Of a stretch of 64,000 nt of DNA, positions 41,381 to 51,460 are shown piece after piece. This DNA is from an uncultured Pseudomonadota bacterium (GTDB lineage: Bacteria > Pseudomonadota > Alphaproteobacteria > Rs-D84 > CACZYB01). The DNA lies in contig CACZYB010000003.1 of assembly GCA_902785275.1 (NCBI GenBank), positions 98,602 to 162,601 on the forward strand, read 5' to 3'. Position numbers and translations under genes: made by a program. A model generated the notes under the pieces. That model was not told the DNA's origin and did not search any database. It saw only the letters and a program-made list of their open reading frames with translations. Numbering within the stretch: position 1 is the stretch's first letter; the number at the start of each line of letters is the position of its first letter.

Positions 41381-41469
41381 AATCTGTTTTTGACTATAAT
41401 TTAATTGAATCTGTTTTTTATTTGTGCTACAATCCTTTTAAGTTTAACAAAAAAAACAAGAGGTGTATT

Positions 41470-42192
41470 ATGGTAGAAAAAGTTGCAAAAAAAACAGTTT
41501 CTAAAAAAACAAAAAATACTGTTGCAAAAAAAACTGATGTTAAGAAAACAAAACCTGCTGGTATGGCGGTAAAACAAAATGTAAAAGCTGTTGAAAAAAA
41601 GGTTGTTAAACCAGCAGTAAAAAAAGCCTCTTCTAAAAAACCAAAAGTATTGTTGGTTACAATAACAATTGCTCTTTTAATTGCTTTGGCATTTGGAATT
41701 ATTTCTTTCTTTCCTTGCTATAAACGTGAAAAGTTTGCAATAGTTTCTAAAAAAGGTGATGAAAAAGTTGTTCTTAACCTTGAAATTGCAGACACAGATG
41801 AAGAAAGATTAAAAGGTCTTATGGGTCGTGAAGTTTTGAAAAAAAATACCGGTATGTTGTTCGATTTTGTTGAACCTGATTATTATTCTATGTGGATGAA
41901 AAATACACTTATCCCTCTTGATATGATATTCTTTAACGAAAACGGTAAAGTAATTAAGACTGCCGCAAACAGAACTCCTATGACAGAAGATTTGATTAAC
42001 CCTTGTTCGATTGAATTTGAACATGCCCTTTCTTCTACTAAAAAGAAACAAATTAATGTTGATCAATTTTTTGAAAAATGTGAAACAAAATACCTTAAGC
42101 CAAAAAATCTTGTTCGCTATGTTATAGAAGTTCCTGCTGGTACTGTAAAGGCTTCTAAAATACGTATTGGCGATATTTTGTTGAAGAAATAA
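41470..42192 (+). CDS. DUF192 family protein with Lys-rich N-terminus and TM anchor
   Basis: EIADT..ER.KGLM.R, GMLF, WMKNTLIPLDMIF and YVIEVPAG; AGAGG RBS before ATG 41470. Confidence 0.85.
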   Translation: MVEKVAKKTVSKKTKNTVAKKTDVKKTKPAGMAVKQNVKAVEKKVVKPAVKKASSKKPKVLLVTITIALLIALAFGIISFFPCYKREKFAIVSKKGDEKVVLNLEIADTDEERLKGLMGREVLKKNTGMLFDFVEPDYYSMWMKNTLIPLDMIFFNENGKVIKTAANRTPMTEDLINPCSIEFEHALSSTKKKQINVDQFFEKCETKYLKPKNLVRYVIEVPAGTVKASKIRIGDILLKK

Positions 42193-42210
42193 AAAATTAT
42201 TGTTATGATG

Positions 42211-42244
42211 ACTGCTATACATTACAAAAGTATAGCAGTTTTTT
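42211..42244 (+). terminator. intrinsic terminator
   Basis: actgctatac...gtatagcagt followed by a T-run. Confidence 0.65.
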
Positions 42245-42274
42245 ATTTGAAAGATTTATTTAAAGGACAGTATT

Positions 42275-42640
42275 ATGAAAAAAACATCAAAAAGACAATA
42301 TCAAGTTGGTGAAGTTTTAAAAAGAACTCTTTCTACTATGTTCAGAGAAGGTTTGTTCGAAGATAAAATTACAGATTTATTTTCAATTACAGAAGTAAGT
42401 CCAAGTCCCGGATATCAAACTGCGTGGGTTTTTGTTTCTGCAATGGATCCTTCGAAAAATGAAGTTATTGTAAAAAAACTTAATGAAATTTCCGGGGAAA
42501 TAAGATTTATGCTTGCAAAAAAGATTGATATGAGATCAACCCCTGCCCTTATCTTTAAATTTGATAATTCACTTGATTATGCAAGAAAGATTGAGGAACT
42601 TTTGAATTCCCCAGATGTAAAACAAGATTTGGAAAAATAA
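42275..42640 (+). CDS. rbfA: ribosome-binding factor A
   Basis: RQYQVGE, ITEV..SP and RSTPALIFKFDNS. Confidence 0.92.
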   Translation: MKKTSKRQYQVGEVLKRTLSTMFREGLFEDKITDLFSITEVSPSPGYQTAWVFVSAMDPSKNEVIVKKLNEISGEIRFMLAKKIDMRSTPALIFKFDNSLDYARKIEELLNSPDVKQDLEK

Positions 42641-42645
42641 GAAGA

Positions 42646-43539
42646 TTAATCTTTTATTTCTATTACTGATGATGCCTTTAATTTTTCAAAGTATTTGTTT
42701 GAAAAAGCGTCAAGTTTGTTTTGCAAAATGGAATAACGAATCTCTTCTTTTTCATCATCAGTGATAACAGGAGTAAATTCTTTTCTTTCACAAACAAAAA
42801 ATACTGTATTATTTCCGTTTATTTCTATTGGTTTAGTTGCCTTAGAAATTTCGGAAACAGATAGTAAATTTTTAAGTTTTTTATCCATTTGATTTTCTGT
42901 AAGGGTAAATTTCAAACCACTTCCAGCTTCACCATTTTCCTTTGCATAAGAAATAAAATCATCACAATTTGAAATTTCTTTTAATTTAGGGAATAGTTTT
43001 TTGAGTTTTTCTTTACCCGCAATCAAAGATGAAATTTCGTATTGAAATTGTTTTTCCGACTGCATATTTTCGATTAAAAGTTTAAGTTCGTTGTCTGTAA
43101 CTTTTACATAAGAACGAAGCACACTGTAAATAAATTTCATCCAGATAACATCGGCTTCTATTTGTTTACTTACGACATTTTTATCTATATCAAGTTCCTT
43201 TATAATACGGTCGTATCCACCCTCTGGAAGATTTAGATATTTTTCCATACGAAGCTTTGCATCCGAAGTTTCTTCGTTTGTTGCACGGATACCGAATCGT
43301 GAAGCTTCGGCAACTTTTATTTTATCATCAATTATTTCAGAAAGAACCTTTTTTTCAATTTCTTCATCTGGCATTTTATATTTATTTACCTTTAAAAGTT
43401 CCTTTGAAAGTTTTGCTCGTTCCTTTACATCGTATGATGTTATTATATCACCATTTACTATGGCACGAACACTTACCTCTGATGCAAAGGATGAAAATGA
43501 AAAACAAACAAAACTTAATAGTAAAAATTTTTTTAACAT
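42646..43539 (-). CDS. surA: SurA-like periplasmic chaperone
   Basis: Signal peptide and AIVNGDIITSYDV..R; directly downstream of lptD. Confidence 0.8.
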   Translation of the reverse strand: MLKKFLLLSFVCFSFSSFASEVSVRAIVNGDIITSYDVKERAKLSKELLKVNKYKMPDEEIEKKVLSEIIDDKIKVAEASRFGIRATNEETSDAKLRMEKYLNLPEGGYDRIIKELDIDKNVVSKQIEADVIWMKFIYSVLRSYVKVTDNELKLLIENMQSEKQFQYEISSLIAGKEKLKKLFPKLKEISNCDDFISYAKENGEAGSGLKFTLTENQMDKKLKNLLSVSEISKATKPIEINGNNTVFFVCERKEFTPVITDDEKEEIRYSILQNKLDAFSNKYFEKLKASSVIEIKD

Positions 43540-43551
43540 AATTCCCCTCAG

Positions 43552-45723
43552 TTAATTGCTTTCGTTTACATTAAAGCCACTTGAAACAGCACCTAATGTT
43601 TTAAATACAAGTGTGAAATAGATTGATCTGTCACCTTGGTAATCTTTATCTCTTGTATAGTCATTTACAAAGTTTAAATTAAATTTGAAACAATCGTTTT
43701 CATATCCAATACCAGATGATAAAGTAATACTCCTTTTTTGATCAAGATCATATCTGTTTCCAATAAACATATTCCATCTTCTTGTAAGTTGAGATGAAAG
43801 AACAGCGTATACTTCATCGGACTTTATCGAATCTCCATCTTCGATAAACATATCCCTTAGGTAAACATAATTCAAGTTAAGGTTAAGGGCCTTTGGTCCG
43901 ATACGCAAGTTGATATCATTCCTATTTGCACGAAGATCTTCTTGGGAAATACGAGTCTTATACTGTAAACTAAATATATCTGATGGAGTATAAGATATTT
44001 TTGATACAAAATCGGATGCACCCTTTGTATTTTTAAGACCACTGTTATCAATATACAAATTATCAGGGACATCAATATTATAATTTTGCCCAATAAAGAA
44101 AGAAAGTTTTTGGTTGTTATTATAATTTTGGATAAAGTTCAAACCGTAATTTACCCTTACACCACTTTCAAATAAATCATAACCTGAAAATCTATCTGTA
44201 CTGAATAAGTTTTCAGATTGAAGTTCAAGATAGCTACTATCCATATTAGGTATAGAAGAATCAGATGATTGTTTTGGTGAAGCAATAAATTGGATTATTG
44301 GTTCCAAAATTTCTGTACGATTCATATATGCCCTGTATAATGGATATTTCCATGTTAAGTCAGTACTGATGTTTGCACGCCCCTTTGAACCAGAATAGTA
44401 ACCACTTTCTTTAGATTCATCATAAATATCATCAAGAACGAAAACATCTGCACGACCGGATAAACCAAAATCAAAAAGACTTCCACCAGAAGTTTTTAGT
44501 GGTTGATTATAACCAAGTATTGAGGATACTCTGAAATTTGTTTCATCCCTTCGGTTATTATCCTCATAATCCAAAACAATGTGTGATGTATTCAAATTTA
44601 AATCCCAATATCCACCATAGGAGTTTGGATTAGAAACTCTTCTGTAATCGATTATTGGCATTACTTTAGGTGTGTAATTATAGTTACTTCTTAATGACTG
44701 ATAATAGTACATATCAGCACTTAAGTAACTTCTATTTAATGAACCTTCTAATTCAATATTGGATGAAAGCCATGGATCAGTGTTTACATCATAAATTCTT
44801 AAGAAGCTTTCGTCTGAAACCCTGTCTATATCAATCTTTCCACGCCATACATCGTTTATTTCAAAATAGTTACGGGTACTGATGAACCAACGTTTATCTT
44901 CATCATTTACTTCATCTTTTTTCTTATAGATACCCGTTGTATTACTTGTAAAATAATCTTGATTAGTACGATATTCGGCAAACCATACGGTACCCTTTTT
45001 ACTTGTGAACATAGGGCTTAAAGTCATATCGTTATAATCATTTAATTTTATAAAAAATGGAGTTTGTAATACGTTACCAAGTTGGCTTGATGTACCAAAC
45101 TTTGGAATTAAAAATCCAGTTTTATTTTTTATATTTGGTGTGTAATTTTGAAGTATTGGTAAATAAAATACTGGAAAATTCCACATATAAAGCAATGCGT
45201 TTGTGTAAAACAAGCTTCCAGTTTCACGATTATGTGTGATTGAACCTGCTCCAATTTTCCATGTAGGAGGATTAGAACATTCATTTAAACCTTCCTTACA
45301 CGCAGTATATTCAACATCGTGCAAAACTATTTTATTTGGATTTTTTACATCAGCAGACTCTGCTTTTGCATAAGAATTTTGCCCAAACTTTACATTTATT
45401 TCACCCAAAGAAGCCTTTTGTGTATCGGTATTAATCACAAGCTTTTGTGTATCCATAATAGCATCTTTGTTTGTTATATCAATACGACCATCTGCGGTAA
45501 TTTCCTTTGTGGCAGTATCATATTCCATTTCGTTTGTTACAAACTTATTATTTTTATAATCAAGTTTTACATTTCCAGAAGTTGTAAACTTTCCTGTGTT
45601 TTTATCATAAACAATCTCATCTGTTTCAAACAAAGTTCCAGAATTATCAGTATCCATAGAATATGATGGAAGACTGTGGATAATAAAAAATAATAATGTA
45701 AAATATTTAAAATTATTTTTCAT
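43552..45723 (-). CDS. lptD: LPS assembly protein LptD
   Basis: Jellyroll N-domain, YTAC, KTGFLIP, DRFSGYD.FESG, YENDC and FKTLG. Confidence 0.93.
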   Translation of the reverse strand: MKNNFKYFTLLFFIIHSLPSYSMDTDNSGTLFETDEIVYDKNTGKFTTSGNVKLDYKNNKFVTNEMEYDTATKEITADGRIDITNKDAIMDTQKLVINTDTQKASLGEINVKFGQNSYAKAESADVKNPNKIVLHDVEYTACKEGLNECSNPPTWKIGAGSITHNRETGSLFYTNALLYMWNFPVFYLPILQNYTPNIKNKTGFLIPKFGTSSQLGNVLQTPFFIKLNDYNDMTLSPMFTSKKGTVWFAEYRTNQDYFTSNTTGIYKKKDEVNDEDKRWFISTRNYFEINDVWRGKIDIDRVSDESFLRIYDVNTDPWLSSNIELEGSLNRSYLSADMYYYQSLRSNYNYTPKVMPIIDYRRVSNPNSYGGYWDLNLNTSHIVLDYEDNNRRDETNFRVSSILGYNQPLKTSGGSLFDFGLSGRADVFVLDDIYDESKESGYYSGSKGRANISTDLTWKYPLYRAYMNRTEILEPIIQFIASPKQSSDSSIPNMDSSYLELQSENLFSTDRFSGYDLFESGVRVNYGLNFIQNYNNNQKLSFFIGQNYNIDVPDNLYIDNSGLKNTKGASDFVSKISYTPSDIFSLQYKTRISQEDLRANRNDINLRIGPKALNLNLNYVYLRDMFIEDGDSIKSDEVYAVLSSQLTRRWNMFIGNRYDLDQKRSITLSSGIGYENDCFKFNLNFVNDYTRDKDYQGDRSIYFTLVFKTLGAVSSGFNVNESN

Positions 45724-46843
45724 TTGTCGACTTAATCCTTTTTGCCATCAATTCTTTGTCTGAATACAAAAGTTTTAACATTACTACTATTGAAAGGAAT
45801 GAGAATAGATATATAACCGGATACATTTTTGGATGTATACGAAGCATATTAAACATAGAAATATAAAGCATTTGATATCCAATCATTCCAAAAACCGAGA
45901 AAATCATATTCTTACTGTTGCTTCTTTTATTAAGTGGTGATTTAAAGATAGCAAGCAAAGCAATCAATGCAAATATTAAATTGTATAATGGTTGTATCAA
46001 ACGTTTATGAAATTCAACCAAATATTTTGAATAACTTTCTTCTGTTGCATAACCTAATTCTTTTGAATTAATAAGTTCAATAATACTTAGTTCACTTGGG
46101 CGTTTTGAACGAACAGAATTTTTTGCAATAACACCTAAATCCGCAGTATATTTTTCAAATGTACCAAAAGTATATTTATCATGAGACTTTTCTTGAACAC
46201 TTCCATTCACAAGAGCAAGAGAAATATTTTTGTTACTTGTAGAAACAATTCCTCGTTCGGCAAGAATAGTTCTTACACGATTTTTCTGACGTTGATCGTT
46301 AATAAAAATATCAGAAAGAATATTATCAGTTGAACTTTTCACATAAATTGTTAAACCATCAGTTATCTGATTAAACTCCCCTTCTTGGATAAGAAGTGCA
46401 GAAATATCATTTTCTGAATCAAAAAGGAATGTTCTGTACTTTGTTGCATAGATAGGAGAAATATAAAGTGTTATAAAGAAGCAGATTAATGTAATTATTA
46501 CAGATAAAGATAATACCGGTTTTGATAAATCACGAACGGACATACCAACAGCTTCCATAATGATAAGCTCCTTATCAGAGGCAAGTTTATTATAGATAAA
46601 CAAGATAACCGCAAACAACGCAATAGGAAATATGATAACAAGCAAATCTGGCAAAAGAAGACTTGTCATCTTTAAGAATGCCCAAAATCCGATATTATTG
46701 TTTACCAAATATGAAAGTAATCTTATTATCTGGGAAAACCACGCAATACCCAAAAGTATCGACGAAACAATAAGCAAACCAAACAATATTTGCTTTGCAA
46801 TATACTTGTCTATTATTTTTATATTTTTAAAATTAAGCTTCAT
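45713..46843 (-). CDS. lptF: LPS export permease LptF (LptF/G family)
   Basis: IIDKYI, DKELIIMEAVG, EGEFN and EFHKR; 6-TM topology. Confidence 0.88.
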   Translation of the reverse strand: MKLNFKNIKIIDKYIAKQILFGLLIVSSILLGIAWFSQIIRLLSYLVNNNIGFWAFLKMTSLLLPDLLVIIFPIALFAVILFIYNKLASDKELIIMEAVGMSVRDLSKPVLSLSVIITLICFFITLYISPIYATKYRTFLFDSENDISALLIQEGEFNQITDGLTIYVKSSTDNILSDIFINDQRQKNRVRTILAERGIVSTSNKNISLALVNGSVQEKSHDKYTFGTFEKYTADLGVIAKNSVRSKRPSELSIIELINSKELGYATEESYSKYLVEFHKRLIQPLYNLIFALIALLAIFKSPLNKRSNSKNMIFSVFGMIGYQMLYISMFNMLRIHPKMYPVIYLFSFLSIVVMLKLLYSDKELMAKRIKSTNEK

Positions 46844-46932
46844 AATGGCTGATTTTACTATAATATTTTTATTTTTAAAGTCTTTTTTTAGGAATAATTA
46901 AACCTTTCTTAAATAAAACCAGTAAAAAAGAG

Positions 46933-48741
46933 CTATAATTTTAATTCTTTTATTAAAATTTCAGCTTCATCAAGCCACTTTTTTATTGAAATATCAATAC
47001 CTTGCTTCCAAAACTTGCTATCTGTTGGGTTAAGACCAAATGGCTTCATCAAACTTACAGCATCTTTTGTTGAACCACTTTCAAGCATTTCAAGGTAAAG
47101 TTTTTCAAACTTTTTTGCATCTTTGCTTTTTACTGCAAACAAACTTTGGGTGAAAAGTTCACCAAAGGAATATGCATAAACATAAAATGGACGCATAAAG
47201 TGCCCAACATATGACCAAAGATTTTCCATATTATCGTATTTGAAAATTTCTCCGTCACGGCCGTACATATCTTTTGAAACTTTCATCCATGCATCATTGA
47301 AATCTTTGCTGGTAAGTTTACCTTGCTTTCTTTTTTCATGGATGATTTGTTCAAAGAATGAAAAACTTATTTGGCGGTTTACAGAATTTATCCAATCGTT
47401 TGCCTTTGATAAAAGAAGTGCAAGTTTCTCCTTTTTATCAGTTATGTTTTTAAGCATATATTCAAAGGTCAACATTTCACCAAAGATACTTGCTGTTTCT
47501 GCGTATGCCATTGGTGCTTGTGTTTGAAGAGTTCCTTGTTTTTTACCAGCAAGAAGACCATGAACAGAATGTCCAAGTTCGTGCGCCAATGTCATAACAT
47601 CACGTGTTGTTCCCATATAATTTAGGAAAGTCCATGTATAAACTTTTCCACCTTCGGTAACCATAGTATAGTTATAGGCGCCACTGGTTTTTCCATTATA
47701 GACAGGAGCATCAACACGATAATTTTTAAAAGAATCACGAATTAAATTTGCAAGGGTTGGCGAAAAATTTTCGTATGCAGAAAGTACGGTTTCAATACAT
47801 TTATCCCATGAATAATAAGCCTTGCTTTCGAATGGAAGTGGTGCGTTTCTATCAGCCCAATTTAAAATTTTTTTGTGAAGAAGTTTGCGTAAAATATTAT
47901 AGTAACGTTTTCCCTGTTCCGCACCATATTTTGCAACAGCAGTATGAAGTGCATCCACAGTTTTTGAATCAAGGTTATTTGAAATATTTCTTGAATCCAT
48001 AATAGATTTGAAACCACGTTCCTTATCCATAAGATTTTTTTCACCTATTACCAAATTCAAGGCACGCGCCCTTAAATTAGCATAGTTTGATGTTTCCAAA
48101 ACACGATTTAATTCATCCAAGGCTTTTTTGCGAAGTTTTGCCTTATGCGAAGTATTGCTGATATTTATAATTTCAGAAAGATTATATTTCTTTCGGCCAA
48201 GGTGAAACTCTAACTTTGTTTCCATCTCGTCCATCATATCATCCCATTCGCCAGATAAAAATGGTGAAATTTTTGTAAGGATTGTTTCCACAGACTCATT
48301 TAATTGATACTTTGCATTTTTGCGAATTTTATCAAGGTATGGTTTATGATGTTTTAAAATTTGAGAATTTTTAAGTTGAGCATCATAAAACTTTTTATCC
48401 ATTTGACCAAGCTCTATATCAAAAAAGGTCAAGTTTGCCAAAGCAACACTTAGCTTTTCCGAAGCAATAGATGTTTGTTTTTTTATTTCTTGGTTTTCGG
48501 CATCACGACTGCTCATCAAATAAAAATATGCAAACATTGTGCTTGTGATTTCATCAATAGTGATAATATCCTTTAGGGCAAGTTCCAATTTTTCATTTAA
48601 TTTACCTTTGTACTTTTTTGGAAAATCAAGACAAAGTTTTTCAACCTTGGTAATATCTTTTGCAATTTTTTTATCATTTATTGATTTGTAAAGCGGACTT
48701 AAATCCCAGCGGCAATTTTGCAAATTTTCGTCTTTTTTCAT
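46933..48741 (-). CDS. pepF: M3B oligoendopeptidase F
   Basis: WDLSPLY, TLAHELGHSVH, AETASIFGE and HFxxPFYVYAY. Confidence 0.93.
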   Translation of the reverse strand: MKKDENLQNCRWDLSPLYKSINDKKIAKDITKVEKLCLDFPKKYKGKLNEKLELALKDIITIDEITSTMFAYFYLMSSRDAENQEIKKQTSIASEKLSVALANLTFFDIELGQMDKKFYDAQLKNSQILKHHKPYLDKIRKNAKYQLNESVETILTKISPFLSGEWDDMMDEMETKLEFHLGRKKYNLSEIINISNTSHKAKLRKKALDELNRVLETSNYANLRARALNLVIGEKNLMDKERGFKSIMDSRNISNNLDSKTVDALHTAVAKYGAEQGKRYYNILRKLLHKKILNWADRNAPLPFESKAYYSWDKCIETVLSAYENFSPTLANLIRDSFKNYRVDAPVYNGKTSGAYNYTMVTEGGKVYTWTFLNYMGTTRDVMTLAHELGHSVHGLLAGKKQGTLQTQAPMAYAETASIFGEMLTFEYMLKNITDKKEKLALLLSKANDWINSVNRQISFSFFEQIIHEKRKQGKLTSKDFNDAWMKVSKDMYGRDGEIFKYDNMENLWSYVGHFMRPFYVYAYSFGELFTQSLFAVKSKDAKKFEKLYLEMLESGSTKDAVSLMKPFGLNPTDSKFWKQGIDISIKKWLDEAEILIKELKL

Positions 48742-48886
48742 AGAAATTCTCCTTAATTTATATAGTTCAAAGTATAATACTAAATCTTTTAAATTTCTAT
48801 ATAAAATTTTGATTTTATTTTTTTCTTTATTTTATTAATCATAACATATACAATATGTAACTGTTAACACAAAAATAGGAATATTT

Positions 48887-49684
48887 ATGACTAACTATCT
48901 TGATAATATTAAAAACGAAAAGTTTGAAGTCAGACTTGCAAAAACTCCTGCAGAAATTGTTGCTGCACAAAAACTAAGATATGAAATTTTCTTTGAAGAA
49001 GATGGTGCCACTCCATCAGAACAGGTCTTAAAAGAAAAACGTGATTTTGATGAATTTGATGAATATTGTGATCATCTTATTGCGATAGACAGAACTTGCG
49101 GTGATAACCCAGAAGATTATGTTATTGGTACCTACAGACTTTTAAGAAAAGATGGTGCAAAAAAACTTGGCAAATGGTATTCATCAGCAGAATTTGATGT
49201 TGAAAAGTTTTTTGATTATGATGGGGAAGTTTTGGAACTTGGTCGTGCATGTGTACACAAAGATTTCCGTACAAAGATTGTTATGCAAATGCTTTGGAAT
49301 GGATTGGCCGCATATATGTTTGATTATGAAATAAAGCTTATGTTCGGTTGTGGAAGCTTTTTGGGTACAAATGTTGATGAACATAAAGAAGAACTTTCTT
49401 ACCTTTATTATAACCACGTTGCAGAAGGTAATTTGGAAATAAATGCAAAGACAAAAGATGCTGTTCCTTATCCTGTTATTCCAAGGGAAGAAATTGATGA
49501 AAAACGTGCCTTTGTAAAACTTCCTACAATGATAAAGGGGTATCTTCGTGTTGGATGTAAGGTAAGTAAATCTATTTTCGTAGATTGGAGTTTTAACACA
49601 TTCGATGTATGTATAATTTTTGAAACAAAGAATTTGAAACAAAGTTACTTTGATCATTACGAAAAACAGATGAAAGGTTGTTAG
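48887..49684 (+). CDS. olsB: GNAT-family acyltransferase, OlsB-like (ornithine lipid synthesis)
   Basis: AQKLRY.IF, DEFDEYCDHL, GTYRL, LELGRACVH and PTMIKGYLRVG. Confidence 0.8.
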   Translation: MTNYLDNIKNEKFEVRLAKTPAEIVAAQKLRYEIFFEEDGATPSEQVLKEKRDFDEFDEYCDHLIAIDRTCGDNPEDYVIGTYRLLRKDGAKKLGKWYSSAEFDVEKFFDYDGEVLELGRACVHKDFRTKIVMQMLWNGLAAYMFDYEIKLMFGCGSFLGTNVDEHKEELSYLYYNHVAEGNLEINAKTKDAVPYPVIPREEIDEKRAFVKLPTMIKGYLRVGCKVSKSIFVDWSFNTFDVCIIFETKNLKQSYFDHYEKQMKGC

Positions 49685-49705
49685 TAAACACCTTATTTAA
49701 AAAAT

Positions 49706-49741
49706 AAAATCCCCCAGTTTTTAAGGCTGGGGGATTTTTTT
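49706..49741. terminator. bidirectional terminator
   Basis: aaaatcccccag...ctgggggatttt. Confidence 0.75.
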
Positions 49742-49773
49742 GCGGTTTGATTTTTAGGAGAAAAGATAAATTT

Positions 49774-50745
49774 TTATTTACCCTCTGGGCATTTATAATT
49801 ATCTTGTTCTATACTGCTCCAATTTTTGGAAAGCATAGAGTATGTTGTTGCTTTATCTTCTTCACCATTATATTCATGGCAAACTATTGCAACTACATCC
49901 TTATCAAGAGAGTAAACTGTTTGAATAATTTTATCATTTCTGATGGTATCTTTTCTTGTATTATACTTATATTCCTTTTCTTCACCATCTAAATCCTTAT
50001 AAGTATTAGATCTTGAAAATTTCAAACGAAAAACATCAGAAACATGTGTTCCATTATTAAAGCTACTTGTTTTAAAGTCGCCTAAATTGAAATCACCATT
50101 AAGTTTATCATTCAAAAGAGAAAATGTATATTTTACTTCGCCGGCACAGTTAAGGACTGTTATTCTTCCGTTAATATTTTTTCTTCCCTGAAGCATACAA
50201 CCAGCCTGTGGGGAATTTATTGCACAATACAAATCATTTACTTCTTTTACACCATTGATTGTGTATCTTTTGAATACGTATTTTGTTCCAATTTTTGCAA
50301 GTGCAACATCTTCGTTTTCACAGAAATTTATATAGCTGTCATCACCAATTTTTGCTGATTTAAGGAAACCATTTGGATAATATGATTTAACATTATATAT
50401 ATCCCATTTTGCAGTATTTGGATCCTTTGTTGTATAACGACTGGAAATGTTATTTTTTTCGTCATACATAATAACTTCTTTTACTTCACCGTCAACTATA
50501 TCATATTCTTTATCATCCTGACGGATTTTTCCGGTAAATACAAAACCCTTCTTATCACAATAGTTCATATAATTTATTCCCTGCTTGTTGCAAACGAATA
50601 AATCTTCTTTTTGTACCCTTGCCTTGCTTTTTTCATCTGTGGTTTTTAAAAGGTCATTATACTTAATTTTTCCAGTTTTATCAAAACTGTAATTAAGAGA
50701 ACTACATCCCATAAGTAATGTTAAAAATACCAAAGATTTTTTCAT
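49774..50745 (-). CDS. hypothetical lipoprotein with beta-hairpin (MORN-like) repeats
   Basis: GGAGG RBS, MKKSLVFLTLLMG-C lipobox, YYPNGFLKS-type repeat. Confidence 0.7.
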   Translation of the reverse strand: MKKSLVFLTLLMGCSSLNYSFDKTGKIKYNDLLKTTDEKSKARVQKEDLFVCNKQGINYMNYCDKKGFVFTGKIRQDDKEYDIVDGEVKEVIMYDEKNNISSRYTTKDPNTAKWDIYNVKSYYPNGFLKSAKIGDDSYINFCENEDVALAKIGTKYVFKRYTINGVKEVNDLYCAINSPQAGCMLQGRKNINGRITVLNCAGEVKYTFSLLNDKLNGDFNLGDFKTSSFNNGTHVSDVFRLKFSRSNTYKDLDGEEKEYKYNTRKDTIRNDKIIQTVYSLDKDVVAIVCHEYNGEEDKATTYSMLSKNWSSIEQDNYKCPEGK

Positions 50746-50829
50746 TATTTTCCTCCTGTAAAAACAATACCCCAAAAGTTTTACACTTTTCTCTGGTTCA
50801 TTCTAACATAATTTAGGAAAATATGCAAA

Positions 50830-51426
50830 CTATTTTGTTAAATTATTATCCATTGTATATGAAATAATATCTTTCCAATTTTTCTTTTCAAACTTTTTTT
50901 CCAATGATTTATCATACTTGTTATATGCCAATGCCTTAAACAAAGGATAATAATTCATCCAAAAAGTTTTGTGACCTCTTGCGCTTTTTTCTGCTTCTAT
51001 GATATTAGGAAGTTCATCATCAACAACCAAAGCGTTATCATAAATATCGTAAACTTCTTTTTTTGAAGCCTTAAAAGACAAAGTGTAAATATTTTTAAAA
51101 GTTCCCTTACCGAAAAGGTTTTCAAGATTTTCAACACGAGCATTTCGAATGTTGGACTCGTTTCCACAGTTTGTAACAACATCAATATCGTATTTATTTT
51201 TTAAATATTCGATTGGATATTTCGCACTTTTAAGCATAGGAAGCTTTGAAAAATTAGAGCTGTGCCAGTAAGCAATAATACATTCATCAATGAAATTTGT
51301 ATTATTTCTTAACACTTTTCCAATATTAATACTTGGGAAATTAAACAACGCCCACTTTATAAATCCGTAAATTGGATCAAGTAACACACCATCGCAATCT
51401 ATTATCAAATGCTGCTTTTCTGACAT
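50830..51426 (-). CDS. HAD-superfamily hydrolase (5'(3')-nucleotidase-like)
   Basis: Motif I DCDGVL, motif II VVT, motif III K and motif IV VDD. Confidence 0.75.
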   Translation of the reverse strand: MSEKQHLIIDCDGVLLDPIYGFIKWALFNFPSINIGKVLRNNTNFIDECIIAYWHSSNFSKLPMLKSAKYPIEYLKNKYDIDVVTNCGNESNIRNARVENLENLFGKGTFKNIYTLSFKASKKEVYDIYDNALVVDDELPNIIEAEKSARGHKTFWMNYYPLFKALAYNKYDKSLEKKFEKKNWKDIISYTMDNNLTK

Positions 51427-51460
51427 TTATATAACCTTTTGTTTTTGTTTTGACAAAAGA

